This document shows positions 26,775 through 37,464 of a DNA stretch of 64,000 nt, piece after piece (within the stretch, counting starts at the first letter, position 1; every line of letters starts with the position of its first letter). The DNA is from an uncultured virus (IMG/VR IMGVR_UViG_3300045131_001195) (Duplodnaviria > Heunggongvirae > Uroviricota > Caudoviricetes), in IMG/VR virus record IMGVR_UViG_3300045131_001195, positions 1-64,000 of that record; one strand, given 5' to 3'. The position numbers were made by a program, and so were the translations under genes. The notes under the pieces were generated by a model. It was not told the DNA's origin and searched no databases. It saw only the letters and a program-made list of their open reading frames with translations.

Positions 26775-27683
26775 TTACTTAATTTTAATATAATATTTAT
26801 CAATATCCCCCCTTAACTCACAAACATCTTTGTCATAAGGTAATTTAACCATCTTTATTCTATCATATAAATTTCCCCCATTTAACTCATTATATAATCT
26901 TAATGAATCCTTATAAGCATCCCCATCCAGACAAAGAATAATATCCTTCTCTGCCTTTTCATACAATAAAGTAAATAACTTATTACTAAGATGCTTGCCC
27001 AATAATGGAATTGGATTGGGTAGAAATATACTATCAAAAACCCCTTCAGTCAAATATATATCTTCTGACCAATTAATTAAATGTTCATTAAATATAATCT
27101 CATCTTTTGGGGCATTGGCATTCTTATATTTAATCTTTCTCTTAACCCATGATCTCCCCAAGAAATAATTTAATACCCCACCCTTATCATACGATGGAAT
27201 TATTATTCTATAAGCAAAATCCCCTTTTACAGTATAACCAATGTTATATTTTTTTATCATATCATCTGTTATTCCCCTATCAAGCAAATAATTGTATGCT
27301 TCTTTCCTAGGGATATGCAATGGATGAGAATCTTCAAAGGTAACAAACCCCTCTGGTAATCTTAATTTTGGATAAAAAATATCATTAACCTTTAAGTTCT
27401 CAGGTTTAACCAAATCATATAATCTCTTTTGCTTCTTTGTGCCAAATACATCAAATAACTTGCCAAGTGGACCATGTGTCTTTTCAGAATCATCACCACA
27501 GCTCCAACAATGATATAAATGTTTTAATAGTGATACTTCAAGATTGCCTTTATTCTCCCCTTCATCGCAAAGGGGGCAATTATATGTGTATTGGTGTTTT
27601 GTGGTAAATGATTTGACTGGTTCACCAATCACATCACTTATCAAACCCAATATAACTTCTATTTCTTTATCTTGATTCTCCAT
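26775..27683 (-). CDS. dnaG: DNA primase (Zn finger + TOPRIM)
   Basis: CPLC...HCWSC, YLLDRGI, RIIIP, TEGVFD, LDGDA, KDVCE. Confidence 0.9.
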   Translation of the reverse strand: MENQDKEIEVILGLISDVIGEPVKSFTTKHQYTYNCPLCDEGENKGNLEVSLLKHLYHCWSCGDDSEKTHGPLGKLFDVFGTKKQKRLYDLVKPENLKVNDIFYPKLRLPEGFVTFEDSHPLHIPRKEAYNYLLDRGITDDMIKKYNIGYTVKGDFAYRIIIPSYDKGGVLNYFLGRSWVKRKIKYKNANAPKDEIIFNEHLINWSEDIYLTEGVFDSIFLPNPIPLLGKHLSNKLFTLLYEKAEKDIILCLDGDAYKDSLRLYNELNGGNLYDRIKMVKLPYDKDVCELRGDIDKYYIKIK

Positions 27684-27719
27684 TTCGCAAATATATGTAA
27701 GAATTTGCGAATTACCAAA
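27684..27719 (-). promoter_or_regulatory. Bacteroidota-type promoter abutting the primase ATG, overlapped by a 9-bp inverted repeat
   Basis: TTTG-N20-TATATTTG-CGAA-ATG; TTCGCAAAT-N10-ATTTGCGAA. Confidence 0.65.
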
Positions 27720-28314
27720 TGTTTTTCATCTTCATATATCCAAGGACTGCTGTATAAGCATCAGTTTGGTCAAAATTTTCTTTTTTCAAATTTCCCTTCT
27801 TGTCGTAATGCCAAGTGATTTGGGGTTCTTTCACTGCAACCAAATCCAATATTAATTTTTTCTTATCCATTGATTTGTCCAACCCCCCAAACAAAACTTC
27901 TTTACCGTTTTTATTCTTTTGAGTTAATTCTGGATAAGCAAACTTTCTTGCATTGTATGTTGAAATAAATTCTGGCATAATATTCAATACATCAAAAACT
28001 TCTTTACAAACTAATGTATTAAACCTCATTAATATACCAACAGTATTTACATTGTTTGAAGTTAATAATGGTTCTTCTATAATTACTTTTGTTATTCCAA
28101 GATTTTTATAATCTTCCAATTTTAATTTGAATAAAGTTGACTTAACAATAAGTTCTTCTATCTTTGAATTCATTTCTGATTTTGGAATTGGCGACAAATG
28201 TGTTAATTCCAATAATTTTTCAGAATTAGTATCAAACAAAGCAATTCCAATTGTCTTTGTTGACACATCAAGTCCCAATACTTTGGGCGAATTAATATCT
28301 ATTTTATTTACCAT
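27712..28314 (-). CDS. ruvC: RuvC-like Holliday junction resolvase
   Basis: VLGLDVSTKTIG, VIIEEP, DQTDA. Confidence 0.85.
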   Translation of the reverse strand: MVNKIDINSPKVLGLDVSTKTIGIALFDTNSEKLLELTHLSPIPKSEMNSKIEELIVKSTLFKLKLEDYKNLGITKVIIEEPLLTSNNVNTVGILMRFNTLVCKEVFDVLNIMPEFISTYNARKFAYPELTQKNKNGKEVLFGGLDKSMDKKKLILDLVAVKEPQITWHYDKKGNLKKENFDQTDAYTAVLGYMKMKNIW

Positions 28315-30503
28315 TAAAAATCTAAACTTATGTTAAATTGTTGATCCCCCAAAACTCTCTCAATAGGTGAACTTAATTTTGATATAACCATAAGTTCTTT
28401 GTTGGAATTGTAAAGTCCAATTTCAGTAATATACTTATTCTTACCAGTTACATAAGTTGGATTTGTTGTTGTTGAAAATTGTGTTATAACAAGATTAACA
28501 GCATATTTCATTTCATATATTGTTGCCACAATTCCAGTTTGAATGTTTCCATAAAAATAATATTCATCCCCAAAATTTAACTTTGTTGGTTGACTATTTA
28601 AAGGAACATCAATGAATTTTGCCAAATCATATATTGTTGCAGCTGTGTAATTTGATTCTGTAATAACAAATGTTGTTTTAGTTAAACCTGATTCTGGGAT
28701 ATATCCATTTATTTTTGTTGAAGCAATCTGGCTTGTAAAATCAATTATTCTCCATTGGTTTGGTTCTGGCAAACTATTTGTATTTGTTCTTTGTGCCAAA
28801 ATTTTAATTTCATTTGCTGAAAAACCTGACAAACTATTATTTGTATATAAAAATGGAAATTCTTCCCCAAATTTAACCGCAACATTCTGAGCTGTTATTG
28901 TACAACCAGTATCAGGACCAACAATATTTTGATAATAATTGCAATGTAATGAATTTGTAAACCCTGTTGAATCCAAACGATATGTAACCCATAAAGTTTT
29001 TCCATCCCCAGTCAAAACACCAATATCATTTGATGTATCTGTATCAAATAAATTTGGTGTTATTAAACTAACTTCTGGTGCAGGTAATGTCCAATTCCTA
29101 TTTGATTTATATGACAATGCCGCAACCAATTCATCATCATCAATAACCACAATTTTACTATCAGGAAAAACCCTTCCTACTCTATTTAACTCATTTTTTG
29201 AATTTTCATTTGTATCCCATAAATTAAAGAAACGAATGCCCGGCTGATTCATATCAGAATTCTTTGTTGATTTGATATAATATGGAATAGATTTACCTGG
29301 TTCATTTGGGGGATCAATATAAAAACTTTGCCCAATACTTGAACCATCAGACTTATGCCACATCAATGTTGGAATTGTTAATTTAAATTTTCTTGCCAAA
29401 TCATTAGTATCCTTTGGGTCAGCAACATCAAATGGCATTGTTGCAAATTTTTCCCCATAAACATTATCAATAGATTGATTTGTATAATGAATTACTGCAA
29501 CTGCTTTTTGATTTTTTGATTCAACAATAATTTTATTCAATCTTGAATCATAATAATAAACTGCACCATTATCACTTGATAATGTTTGCCCAGAATTTGA
29601 ATACAAATATTCTTTTGTTCCCAAATATGATTGTGATCCATATTTTGTATAATCCTCATAAGTATCCCCTGTTATTCCTGCCACAGTTTGCGACCAAGGA
29701 ATATTCATATTCCAAACTCTTGTATCTACTGTTGCTGATGTATCACAAATCGTTTCATAATTAAAAACATCATTTGACCAATTTGGCATTGGTGTAACAC
29801 TATCATATAACGCAGTCATCCCTGATGGATAAATTAAACATCTTGCTATCTCACCTCCACTTGTCTTTGCTGAATATATTGGTAGGTTTCTATCCAATCC
29901 AACAATATAATTACTACCACTTATTGTTGATGCACTAATCTTATAAGTCAATATTGGAAAAGAATTTCTTATGCTACCACAATCCCCAACACCATCTAAA
30001 ATAATGGTAAGAAAATCACCAACTTTTGGAACACCAGTTGTTGCTGAACATGTATTTGCTGATAACAATAAACTTGTTTGACCAGTTATTGTTGGCATAC
30101 TTGCAATATAATTTGATGAAACCGTATATGCTGATGTTGTCTGGGCTGAATATGTTGTAACTCCACTAACAAAAAATCCCTTATCTGTTGCCAAATTATA
30201 AAATTCCTTTATTGTTGACTCATTAAATGGAATTCCATATGTTGTACCAATTGCACCATTTAGAAAGTAGGGATATTTTACATTTTGTTTGTTAACATTA
30301 TACCCACCAGCATTATCATTATGCTCGCAAAAAGCTGGCATTAATACATTATTATTTGTAATATTATCTCCAATATAATCAATCTCACTATCTCCAACTT
30401 GGAAATAAGAAATATTGAACAACCCCTTTGATATTGCCTTCCTACCAACATCAGTTATTCTTGTAATTATTTTTCCAGATGTATTTTTTAAAATATAACT
30501 CAT
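28314..30503 (-). CDS. Virion structural protein (tail/baseplate-type)
   Basis: ITDVGRKAI...GDSEIDY N-terminus; ITEIGLYN...LMVISKLSSPI C-terminus typical of tail-fibre collar/baseplate proteins. Confidence 0.65.
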   Translation of the reverse strand: MSYILKNTSGKIITRITDVGRKAISKGLFNISYFQVGDSEIDYIGDNITNNNVLMPAFCEHNDNAGGYNVNKQNVKYPYFLNGAIGTTYGIPFNESTIKEFYNLATDKGFFVSGVTTYSAQTTSAYTVSSNYIASMPTITGQTSLLLSANTCSATTGVPKVGDFLTIILDGVGDCGSIRNSFPILTYKISASTISGSNYIVGLDRNLPIYSAKTSGGEIARCLIYPSGMTALYDSVTPMPNWSNDVFNYETICDTSATVDTRVWNMNIPWSQTVAGITGDTYEDYTKYGSQSYLGTKEYLYSNSGQTLSSDNGAVYYYDSRLNKIIVESKNQKAVAVIHYTNQSIDNVYGEKFATMPFDVADPKDTNDLARKFKLTIPTLMWHKSDGSSIGQSFYIDPPNEPGKSIPYYIKSTKNSDMNQPGIRFFNLWDTNENSKNELNRVGRVFPDSKIVVIDDDELVAALSYKSNRNWTLPAPEVSLITPNLFDTDTSNDIGVLTGDGKTLWVTYRLDSTGFTNSLHCNYYQNIVGPDTGCTITAQNVAVKFGEEFPFLYTNNSLSGFSANEIKILAQRTNTNSLPEPNQWRIIDFTSQIASTKINGYIPESGLTKTTFVITESNYTAATIYDLAKFIDVPLNSQPTKLNFGDEYYFYGNIQTGIVATIYEMKYAVNLVITQFSTTTNPTYVTGKNKYITEIGLYNSNKELMVISKLSSPIERVLGDQQFNISLDF

Positions 30504-30519
30504 TATCTTTTATATATAA

Positions 30520-31575
30520 TTATTTAATATGTGAATTTATTCCAACATAATTTTGAGAATTAAATATTATCTCACAACATCTGCAAGTATTTATCTTGGC
30601 TGAATCAATTCTTATTGTATTTTTTTGTTCCACCTTTGTTGAGCAACCATTTGAATCCACTTGATAACCATTATTATTTATAATGGATGTTGTTGTCCCT
30701 GTTAATGTATCTCCACTAATTATTGTTGTTGAATAAGTTAATGCTGAATATGTGGTATTAATCAAATTTGGCGAACAATATGGTCTGTTTGTTGCCAATG
30801 AATTTGATATTATGTTTGGAGTTAACAAAGAATTATTTTTATAAACTGAAATAATATTGTTTGTACTTGCTGAACCTGGTTGGTATAATGAAGTTTCAAG
30901 ATTTGCATTCATTGTTAATGTTAATACATGTCCAGCCTTTAACTCTGGATTAATATTTAATTTCCATGTTGTTTGAATTGTATCATCTGATATAAATTGC
31001 TCTGAAATATTTGATAAATTAATTTCATATCTTGATAATTCATTTTCTGAAGAAACATTTGAAACAATTGAAGCTACACCACCTGTTTGACCTGAAACAT
31101 ATAAATTATATTGGCCTTCACAAATACCCTTAAAAATTGGTGAACTTGAATATGTTTGACCATTATTTATTGAATATACATAAGGCTTAATGCCCCCTAA
31201 AGATGATGCCACAATAACACCATCACAATTTCCAACACAACTATTGTTTGTTATTTTTGACCTTAATAAAATGGGTGAATATCCATCACATTCACCATAT
31301 GTAACCAAAACATCATTCTTTGGTGCAACACCCCTTATTTTCCAATCACTTGTTGGTATATCACTTGAATTTACACTTCTTAATGCTGTATTTGTAACTC
31401 CTGTCCAATTTAAAACTTCCCAATATTTATTACTTAAATTCCAAATTATTGTCATTGAACTTCCTGTTGAATGCCAATAATTTTTGCCATTTGTTATTCC
31501 ACTATATTGAAAATTATATGGACCTATAATATCATTCTCAAAATAAACATTCAAACACAAATCATTAATTGCCAT
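30520..31575 (-). CDS. Structural protein with SprB-like repeat
   Basis: SCVGNCDGVIVASSLGGIKPYVYSIN. Confidence 0.6.
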   Translation of the reverse strand: MAINDLCLNVYFENDIIGPYNFQYSGITNGKNYWHSTGSSMTIIWNLSNKYWEVLNWTGVTNTALRSVNSSDIPTSDWKIRGVAPKNDVLVTYGECDGYSPILLRSKITNNSCVGNCDGVIVASSLGGIKPYVYSINNGQTYSSSPIFKGICEGQYNLYVSGQTGGVASIVSNVSSENELSRYEINLSNISEQFISDDTIQTTWKLNINPELKAGHVLTLTMNANLETSLYQPGSASTNNIISVYKNNSLLTPNIISNSLATNRPYCSPNLINTTYSALTYSTTIISGDTLTGTTTSIINNNGYQVDSNGCSTKVEQKNTIRIDSAKINTCRCCEIIFNSQNYVGINSHIK

Positions 31576-31578
31576 ATA

Positions 31579-32709
31579 TTAATCTTTTTTTAATCTAACA
31601 GAATAAAATGAATTCAACCCAACATTTTCAATATAACTCATTGATAATTCATTATATGAAAACAATCCAATATAATTTTTATTTGCAAAACCAGTATTGG
31701 TAGTTGTCCAATAATATCCATTAATTTTATTATTTATGAAATTATTATTTATCAAACCACCACCACCAACCAATGAGAAATTATATAAGTCTTCTGCACC
31801 CAAATTTGGTTCAAACCATAAATTGCGTTCTTTTAATTTACCACCACCACTCACACCATTAATTTCTGATGCCAAAAATATATTATCCCACTCAGTTTTT
31901 GTTGGTATATGGTATCCATTTGGTGCCAAATTTCTTGCATCTGTAATAGCAGCATAATTATATAGATAACCATAAATATCCCCAAGCCCTGAATTGAAAT
32001 TATAATAGGTATATGCTGGTCCTGAAATATTATTTAAGTCTGTTGTTGATGCAACAAATGGTATATCTGTCCCATCTCTAAATGTTGTTACTTTCAAATT
32101 TTCTATTGCCCAAGTACCACCAGATGCTGTAACAATATCTAAACATTTTGTTCTCCCTGTAACAACACCTAAATCACTAATTGAATGGCAAAAATTATTA
32201 TATTTTAATTTCCTATAACTTGTATCCCCTGATGGCCAAATATTAATTCCAGCCTCACATTTTGATTTTGAATCTGCACTACTTGACCCCCTATATAATG
32301 TACTATTTAATTCACCAAATGTATTACCTCTTGCATATACAAAAAAGGTAAGACTTAATGTGCTTGATGAACATATATAATCACAAGTTGTGTTACCAGT
32401 ATCATTTAAAAAATTACGAAACGGGAAAAATCTTGTACAATAAGTTGGTTCAACTGGATCCTCAATAATTTTTGTTAAACTAATGCTCTGACCAGAATCT
32501 GGATTATTAACCAATATAATATAATCTCCAGATGCCAGACCTGTTAATATATTTCCTGTATTTAATTTACCATTAACATTTATAATATACCCACCTAACC
32601 CACCTGATACTAATATTTCAAGCGACCCATCCTTTCTACCAATACCAGATGTTTTTTTAACATTCACATCAACGCTTAATGGGTATATTGTAATAATATC
32701 TTCTGCCAT
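31579..32709 (-). CDS. SprB-like + FISUMP (Fib_succ_major) domain protein
   Basis: WAIENLKVTTFRDG, YGYLYNY, APNGYHIPT, GYYWT, YSVRL. Confidence 0.8.
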   Translation of the reverse strand: MAEDIITIYPLSVDVNVKKTSGIGRKDGSLEILVSGGLGGYIINVNGKLNTGNILTGLASGDYIILVNNPDSGQSISLTKIIEDPVEPTYCTRFFPFRNFLNDTGNTTCDYICSSSTLSLTFFVYARGNTFGELNSTLYRGSSSADSKSKCEAGINIWPSGDTSYRKLKYNNFCHSISDLGVVTGRTKCLDIVTASGGTWAIENLKVTTFRDGTDIPFVASTTDLNNISGPAYTYYNFNSGLGDIYGYLYNYAAITDARNLAPNGYHIPTKTEWDNIFLASEINGVSGGGKLKERNLWFEPNLGAEDLYNFSLVGGGGLINNNFINNKINGYYWTTTNTGFANKNYIGLFSYNELSMSYIENVGLNSFYSVRLKKD

Positions 32710-32720
32710 ATATAATATAT

Positions 32721-34367
32721 TTAACTCAAATTATTTAAACAATTCACACAATCAATGAATGTTCCCCCATTTGTATCAAAATAATTTCCCGTATATGTGA
32801 AATAATTTATATTACCAACTGGAGTATATGATTTATCAAATGCACCCAAATATGTCCAACAATTATTATCAGAATCCTTAATAACAAAACCAATAGGAAT
32901 ACCAATTCCAATATTCTGAATTAATTGTGAATTAATTGTATTTCCATCCAAAGGAATGCAACTCTCAAATACATGTAAAAGATTTGATGTTGGAGATGGT
33001 GTTAATGTAATACTTGGTGTAATTGTTACGCTTGGGGTCATTGTCATAGTTGGTGTTGGTGTTGGTGTTATTGCACAACTTGAACACGTTGTTCCAGTAT
33101 AAACATTCAATATTGTTTGAATGCTAATATTTGAACTACCAGTAGATTCATTCCTATCATATGTGAAGCACCTCTGGACACCATTGTTTGATGTTCTGAT
33201 AATGTCCCCCACTTTAATTGGAACCCCACTTAAAATCAAATCTTGTGTTGTATACACTTCCTCATTTGTATTACAATCAACCAATACCCTAACACCTTTA
33301 AAACTAAACACTCTACTCATCATCTCATAATTCAAACTTCCACCAATCAATCTATCATTTGTTGCTGTTACAGAAGGGGTCATTGATGGGGTAGAACTTG
33401 GATATGCATAAGTATATGCTGACATCCCCACATTAACTGCCAATCCCCCAGTTGAAGATGGTGTTATTGTCATTGTTGGGGTTATAGTTGGAGTTGGGGT
33501 AATAGTTGGGGTTGGAGTTGTTGAAGCAGATAACTCACAATTAAAATATGCAGAAAAATCAACAATATCACAAGATGCTGGGCTTGGGGTTGGTGTTGGA
33601 CAATTTCCACTAAACACAATACCCTCATATAAATCAGGATTAAGTTCCCCATAACAAGGTGATTTACCAGTTAATAAACAAGAACCACCCAAAGAACCAC
33701 TTAAACACCATTGTTCCAAATCTGTATTAAAATAAATGACACCACTTGTTTCACCAGTATAATAAACATAATCATCATATAAAACATCAGCAACAGAAAA
33801 ATTACCAACATTTGTACCCAAAATAGAATAAGTTGGCGATACACAAAAATCTTGTATGGCATCACCTGGGGATACACCGGGGTTAAAAGGCACTTGGAAT
33901 ACCTCAACCACTTCTGGCTCAACAACCTCTTCAACTTCCTCAATTATTTCATGCACAAAAACCTCTTGAATTTCCTCAATTACTTCAGGTTCAACAATCT
34001 CTTCAACTTCCTCAATTATTTTATACACAAAAATCTCTTGAACTTCCTCAATCACTTCTGGCTCAACAACCTCTTGAACTTCCTCAACCACTTCTGGTTC
34101 AATAATCTCTTCAACCTCCTCAATTATTTTATGCACAAAAACCTCTTGAATTTCCTCAATCACTTCTGGACACTGCCTCTGTTGAACAAATAATGTACCA
34201 TCTGAATCAAACAAATCACCAATTTCAGCATATTCAATAACACTTGCAAATCCACTAAAATAAATGCCATCTATACTAAAAACATCCCCTACATTTGGAT
34301 TTACAGCCTTCAAATTAAATCTAAACTTATAATCCCCCGCACAATCTTTGAATAAAGTTACCCCCAT
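32721..34367 (-). CDS. Structural protein with acidic EEV repeats and Pro-Thr linkers
   Basis: PEVIEEIQEV... repeats; PTPTP tracts; Cys-rich modules. Confidence 0.7.
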   Translation of the reverse strand: MGVTLFKDCAGDYKFRFNLKAVNPNVGDVFSIDGIYFSGFASVIEYAEIGDLFDSDGTLFVQQRQCPEVIEEIQEVFVHKIIEEVEEIIEPEVVEEVQEVVEPEVIEEVQEIFVYKIIEEVEEIVEPEVIEEIQEVFVHEIIEEVEEVVEPEVVEVFQVPFNPGVSPGDAIQDFCVSPTYSILGTNVGNFSVADVLYDDYVYYTGETSGVIYFNTDLEQWCLSGSLGGSCLLTGKSPCYGELNPDLYEGIVFSGNCPTPTPSPASCDIVDFSAYFNCELSASTTPTPTITPTPTITPTMTITPSSTGGLAVNVGMSAYTYAYPSSTPSMTPSVTATNDRLIGGSLNYEMMSRVFSFKGVRVLVDCNTNEEVYTTQDLILSGVPIKVGDIIRTSNNGVQRCFTYDRNESTGSSNISIQTILNVYTGTTCSSCAITPTPTPTMTMTPSVTITPSITLTPSPTSNLLHVFESCIPLDGNTINSQLIQNIGIGIPIGFVIKDSDNNCWTYLGAFDKSYTPVGNINYFTYTGNYFDTNGGTFIDCVNCLNNLS

Positions 34368-34373
34368 ATTAAA

Positions 34374-34601
34374 TTAGTTGTTTGAAACATTTACCACACT
34401 TGTTATTAATCTATTATTATTATCAATAATCTTAACAAGGTATTGGATATTATTATCTATTGGTTTTGGTAAATCAAAAGAATATGTGGTTCCAGAAATG
34501 GTATTTATATAAATACAATCATTTATAGATGGTTGACAAATATAAATATCATAAGGGCTTTGCCCAGTTATACCAAAAATGTTAACACTTATATTTGTCA
34601 T
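34374..34601 (-). CDS. Small beta-rich protein homologous to the duplicated module of 53038..53589
   Basis: ITGQSPYDIYI...DLP...VKIIDNN versus ISGATPLNIYV...ELP...IIIEDSEGC. Confidence 0.6.
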   Translation of the reverse strand: MTNISVNIFGITGQSPYDIYICQPSINDCIYINTISGTTYSFDLPKPIDNNIQYLVKIIDNNNRLITSVVNVSNN

Positions 34602-34740
34602 GTAAAATAGTATTTAAGATATAAATATTAAGTAATGTATAATATCCATATAAAAATATAAATTAAAATTAATAATTTTACATATTAAAATATTGATTTG
34701 TATGAAAATTATATTATTTTAAAAATAAAAAAATAAAAAA

Positions 34741-37464
34741 ATGAAAGAAAAATTATTATTTGTAACACCGCATTTATCAACTGGGGGTTTACCGCAATAT
34801 CTTCTCAAACAAATTGAAGAATTTCTTCCTGTATATAATATTTATGTCATTGAAATAGCAAATGTAAGCGGTGATTATGTTGTACAAAAGAATAAGATTA
34901 AAGAACTTGTAAATGTTATTACACTTGGGGATGATAAATCTGAAATATTAACACACATAAATAACATTAGTCCTGACATTATTCATTTTCAAGAAGTACC
35001 TGAATTCAATTTGTCAGATGATATCCTTTTCAAGATATTTCAACGTGACCAAGGTTATAAGATATTTGTCACCACACATGGATCATGGACAAATCCAAAT
35101 GATATAAAATTTCATCCAGATAAATATATCTTAGTATCAGAATGGAGCAAGAAGCAATTTGTAAAAACAGGAGTTCCATTAACCATATGGGAATACCACA
35201 TTCCAAAGAAAATACCAAAGAAAAAGCAAAAACAAGAACTCCTTGGATTTGACCCCTCTTATAAACATGTCCTACATGTTGGATTATTTACACAAGGTAA
35301 AAACCAAAAGGAAATAATTGAAGTCGCTAGATTGTGCCAAGATGAGAAAATAATATTTCATTTTGTTGGAAATATGGCTGGAAACTTCTATGAATATTGG
35401 AAACCAATATTGGATGATTTACCAAAGAATTGCGTTATACACGGGGAACAAGAAAACCCATTGAATTATTATGAAGCGTCTGATTTATTCTATTTCCCAT
35501 CAATATATGAATTGAATCCCTTATCATTAAAAGAAGCATCATCCTTTGGTCTTAAAATTATAACAAAAAACTTACATACATATGAAAATTATTATGATAA
35601 TAAGGCAGTATATTCCACAGATAACCCAGAAGAGAATAAGAAATTATTAATCAATCTATTGAATGAAGATAAAAAAAGAAATGAAGATGAAGTAACCATT
35701 GTATTGGCTCACACAAATAACTTATTTAGAAAAAATATGCTAAAAAGATGTTTGTCAACCATCAATACAGAAATCATATTATCATGCAATAAACCAGTTG
35801 ATGAAGAAACCCAATCATTATGTGATTATGTATTATATTCAAAAGATAATCAATTATTGGATAAAGATGAATATGAAGAACATAATGTTATATTTGAATA
35901 TTGGAAGATAAATGCAAAAGGGGAAAAAACAAGTACTTCAATGCCTTTTGAACATAGTTTTGGAGTTTATAACTTAATAAAGCAGGGTGTCAACTTTGCA
36001 GATAAATTAAACAAAAAGAAAATACATATTGTAAATTATGATACATTAATATATTCTGACACATTAAATGATAATTATAAACAGCTTAATTCAAAGGATT
36101 TAATTTTATATTACAATAATAACATAGATAAAAATGATGGATATAAAACCAATTTCTTTTCTGGCAACATAACCCCATTATTGGAGTTATTTAACTATTA
36201 CAAAACAAAATTAATATTTTATATCAACTTCAAGAAGTTTGAGGAAAAAATGTATGATTTAATCAAAGATTATAAGTTTAATGTTGTTGAAAAATGCTTA
36301 ACTGATAAAGTAACAACAGACTTGGAAGGTGTTCATAACCAATTTTCAAGTTTTGACATATATGAATTAAAAACAACTGATATTGAACCAAATATTAATA
36401 TTAATTTTATTGATGGTCCATTTGTTGAAATAACTGGTGGTCCAAACATAAGATATGATATTACATTCAAAAATAAAAAAACAAACAAAATTGAATACAA
36501 ATCAAATATTGGGAGAAACAATTGGACAAAATCATCCATAAAATATTTTGTTGATTGGGAAATCACTGTTAGCAACCAAAAAGGGAAACATGTCTTTAAT
36601 ATGGATTTAACCAATAAAAGGGTTTATATTGCCATTGATTCAAAATCTCTTGGTGATTCCGTTGCATGGATGCCTTACATTGATGAATTCTCAAAAAAAC
36701 ATAATTGCAAGGTTGTTGCATCAACCTTCTGGAATAACTTCTTTGAAAAAACATATCCAAACATTGAGTTCATTATACCTGGTCAAGTTGCCCAAAATAT
36801 ACATGCAAAATATACCCTTGGTTGGTTCTATAATAATCAAATGGAACCAATATTACCAAATATAATACCATTACAAATGACAGCAACAAATATCCTTGGC
36901 CTAGATTATACCGAAATAAAACCAACCATTGATTTCATACCAAAGAAAAGACCCATAAAAGAAAAATACATAACAATTGCAACCCACTCCACATCAGCCT
37001 TAAAATTCTGGCTATACCCAAATGGATGGGATGAACTAACAGAATTTTTAAATAGCAAAGGATATACCGTTATAAACATTTCAAAAGAAGGAAATAATAT
37101 CAAAAATGCCATAACTCCAAACAATTATGACATAAATAACATTATGAATTATATTCACCATTCTGAAATATTCATTGGTCTGGGAAGTGGCTTGAGTTGG
37201 TTAAGTTGGGCAATTAATAAACATGTGGTTATGATTAACAATTTCACTGATTTAAATCATGAATTCACAACAAATACAACAAGAATATATAATCATAATG
37301 TATGCAACTCTTGTTGGACAAACCCAAACTTCAAATTTGATAAAGGAGATTGGAACTGGTGCCCAATACATAAAGGAACATCCAGACAACACGAATGCCA
37401 AAAAAGTATAACACCCGAAGATGTTATACTTAATTTGAAACAGCATACAAATTTAAATATTTGA
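34741..37464 (+). CDS. Multidomain glycosyltransferase: GT4-like N-terminus + AAH/TibC-type protein O-heptosyltransferase C-terminus
   Basis: PHLSTGGLPQY, KNQ, FPSIYELNPLSLKEA (GT4); SKSLGDSVAW, FIGLGSGLSWLSW, VCNSCW...WCP...HEC (BAHT Fe-binding Cys). Confidence 0.8.
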   Translation: MKEKLLFVTPHLSTGGLPQYLLKQIEEFLPVYNIYVIEIANVSGDYVVQKNKIKELVNVITLGDDKSEILTHINNISPDIIHFQEVPEFNLSDDILFKIFQRDQGYKIFVTTHGSWTNPNDIKFHPDKYILVSEWSKKQFVKTGVPLTIWEYHIPKKIPKKKQKQELLGFDPSYKHVLHVGLFTQGKNQKEIIEVARLCQDEKIIFHFVGNMAGNFYEYWKPILDDLPKNCVIHGEQENPLNYYEASDLFYFPSIYELNPLSLKEASSFGLKIITKNLHTYENYYDNKAVYSTDNPEENKKLLINLLNEDKKRNEDEVTIVLAHTNNLFRKNMLKRCLSTINTEIILSCNKPVDEETQSLCDYVLYSKDNQLLDKDEYEEHNVIFEYWKINAKGEKTSTSMPFEHSFGVYNLIKQGVNFADKLNKKKIHIVNYDTLIYSDTLNDNYKQLNSKDLILYYNNNIDKNDGYKTNFFSGNITPLLELFNYYKTKLIFYINFKKFEEKMYDLIKDYKFNVVEKCLTDKVTTDLEGVHNQFSSFDIYELKTTDIEPNININFIDGPFVEITGGPNIRYDITFKNKKTNKIEYKSNIGRNNWTKSSIKYFVDWEITVSNQKGKHVFNMDLTNKRVYIAIDSKSLGDSVAWMPYIDEFSKKHNCKVVASTFWNNFFEKTYPNIEFIIPGQVAQNIHAKYTLGWFYNNQMEPILPNIIPLQMTATNILGLDYTEIKPTIDFIPKKRPIKEKYITIATHSTSALKFWLYPNGWDELTEFLNSKGYTVINISKEGNNIKNAITPNNYDINNIMNYIHHSEIFIGLGSGLSWLSWAINKHVVMINNFTDLNHEFTTNTTRIYNHNVCNSCWTNPNFKFDKGDWNWCPIHKGTSRQHECQKSITPEDVILNLKQHTNLNI

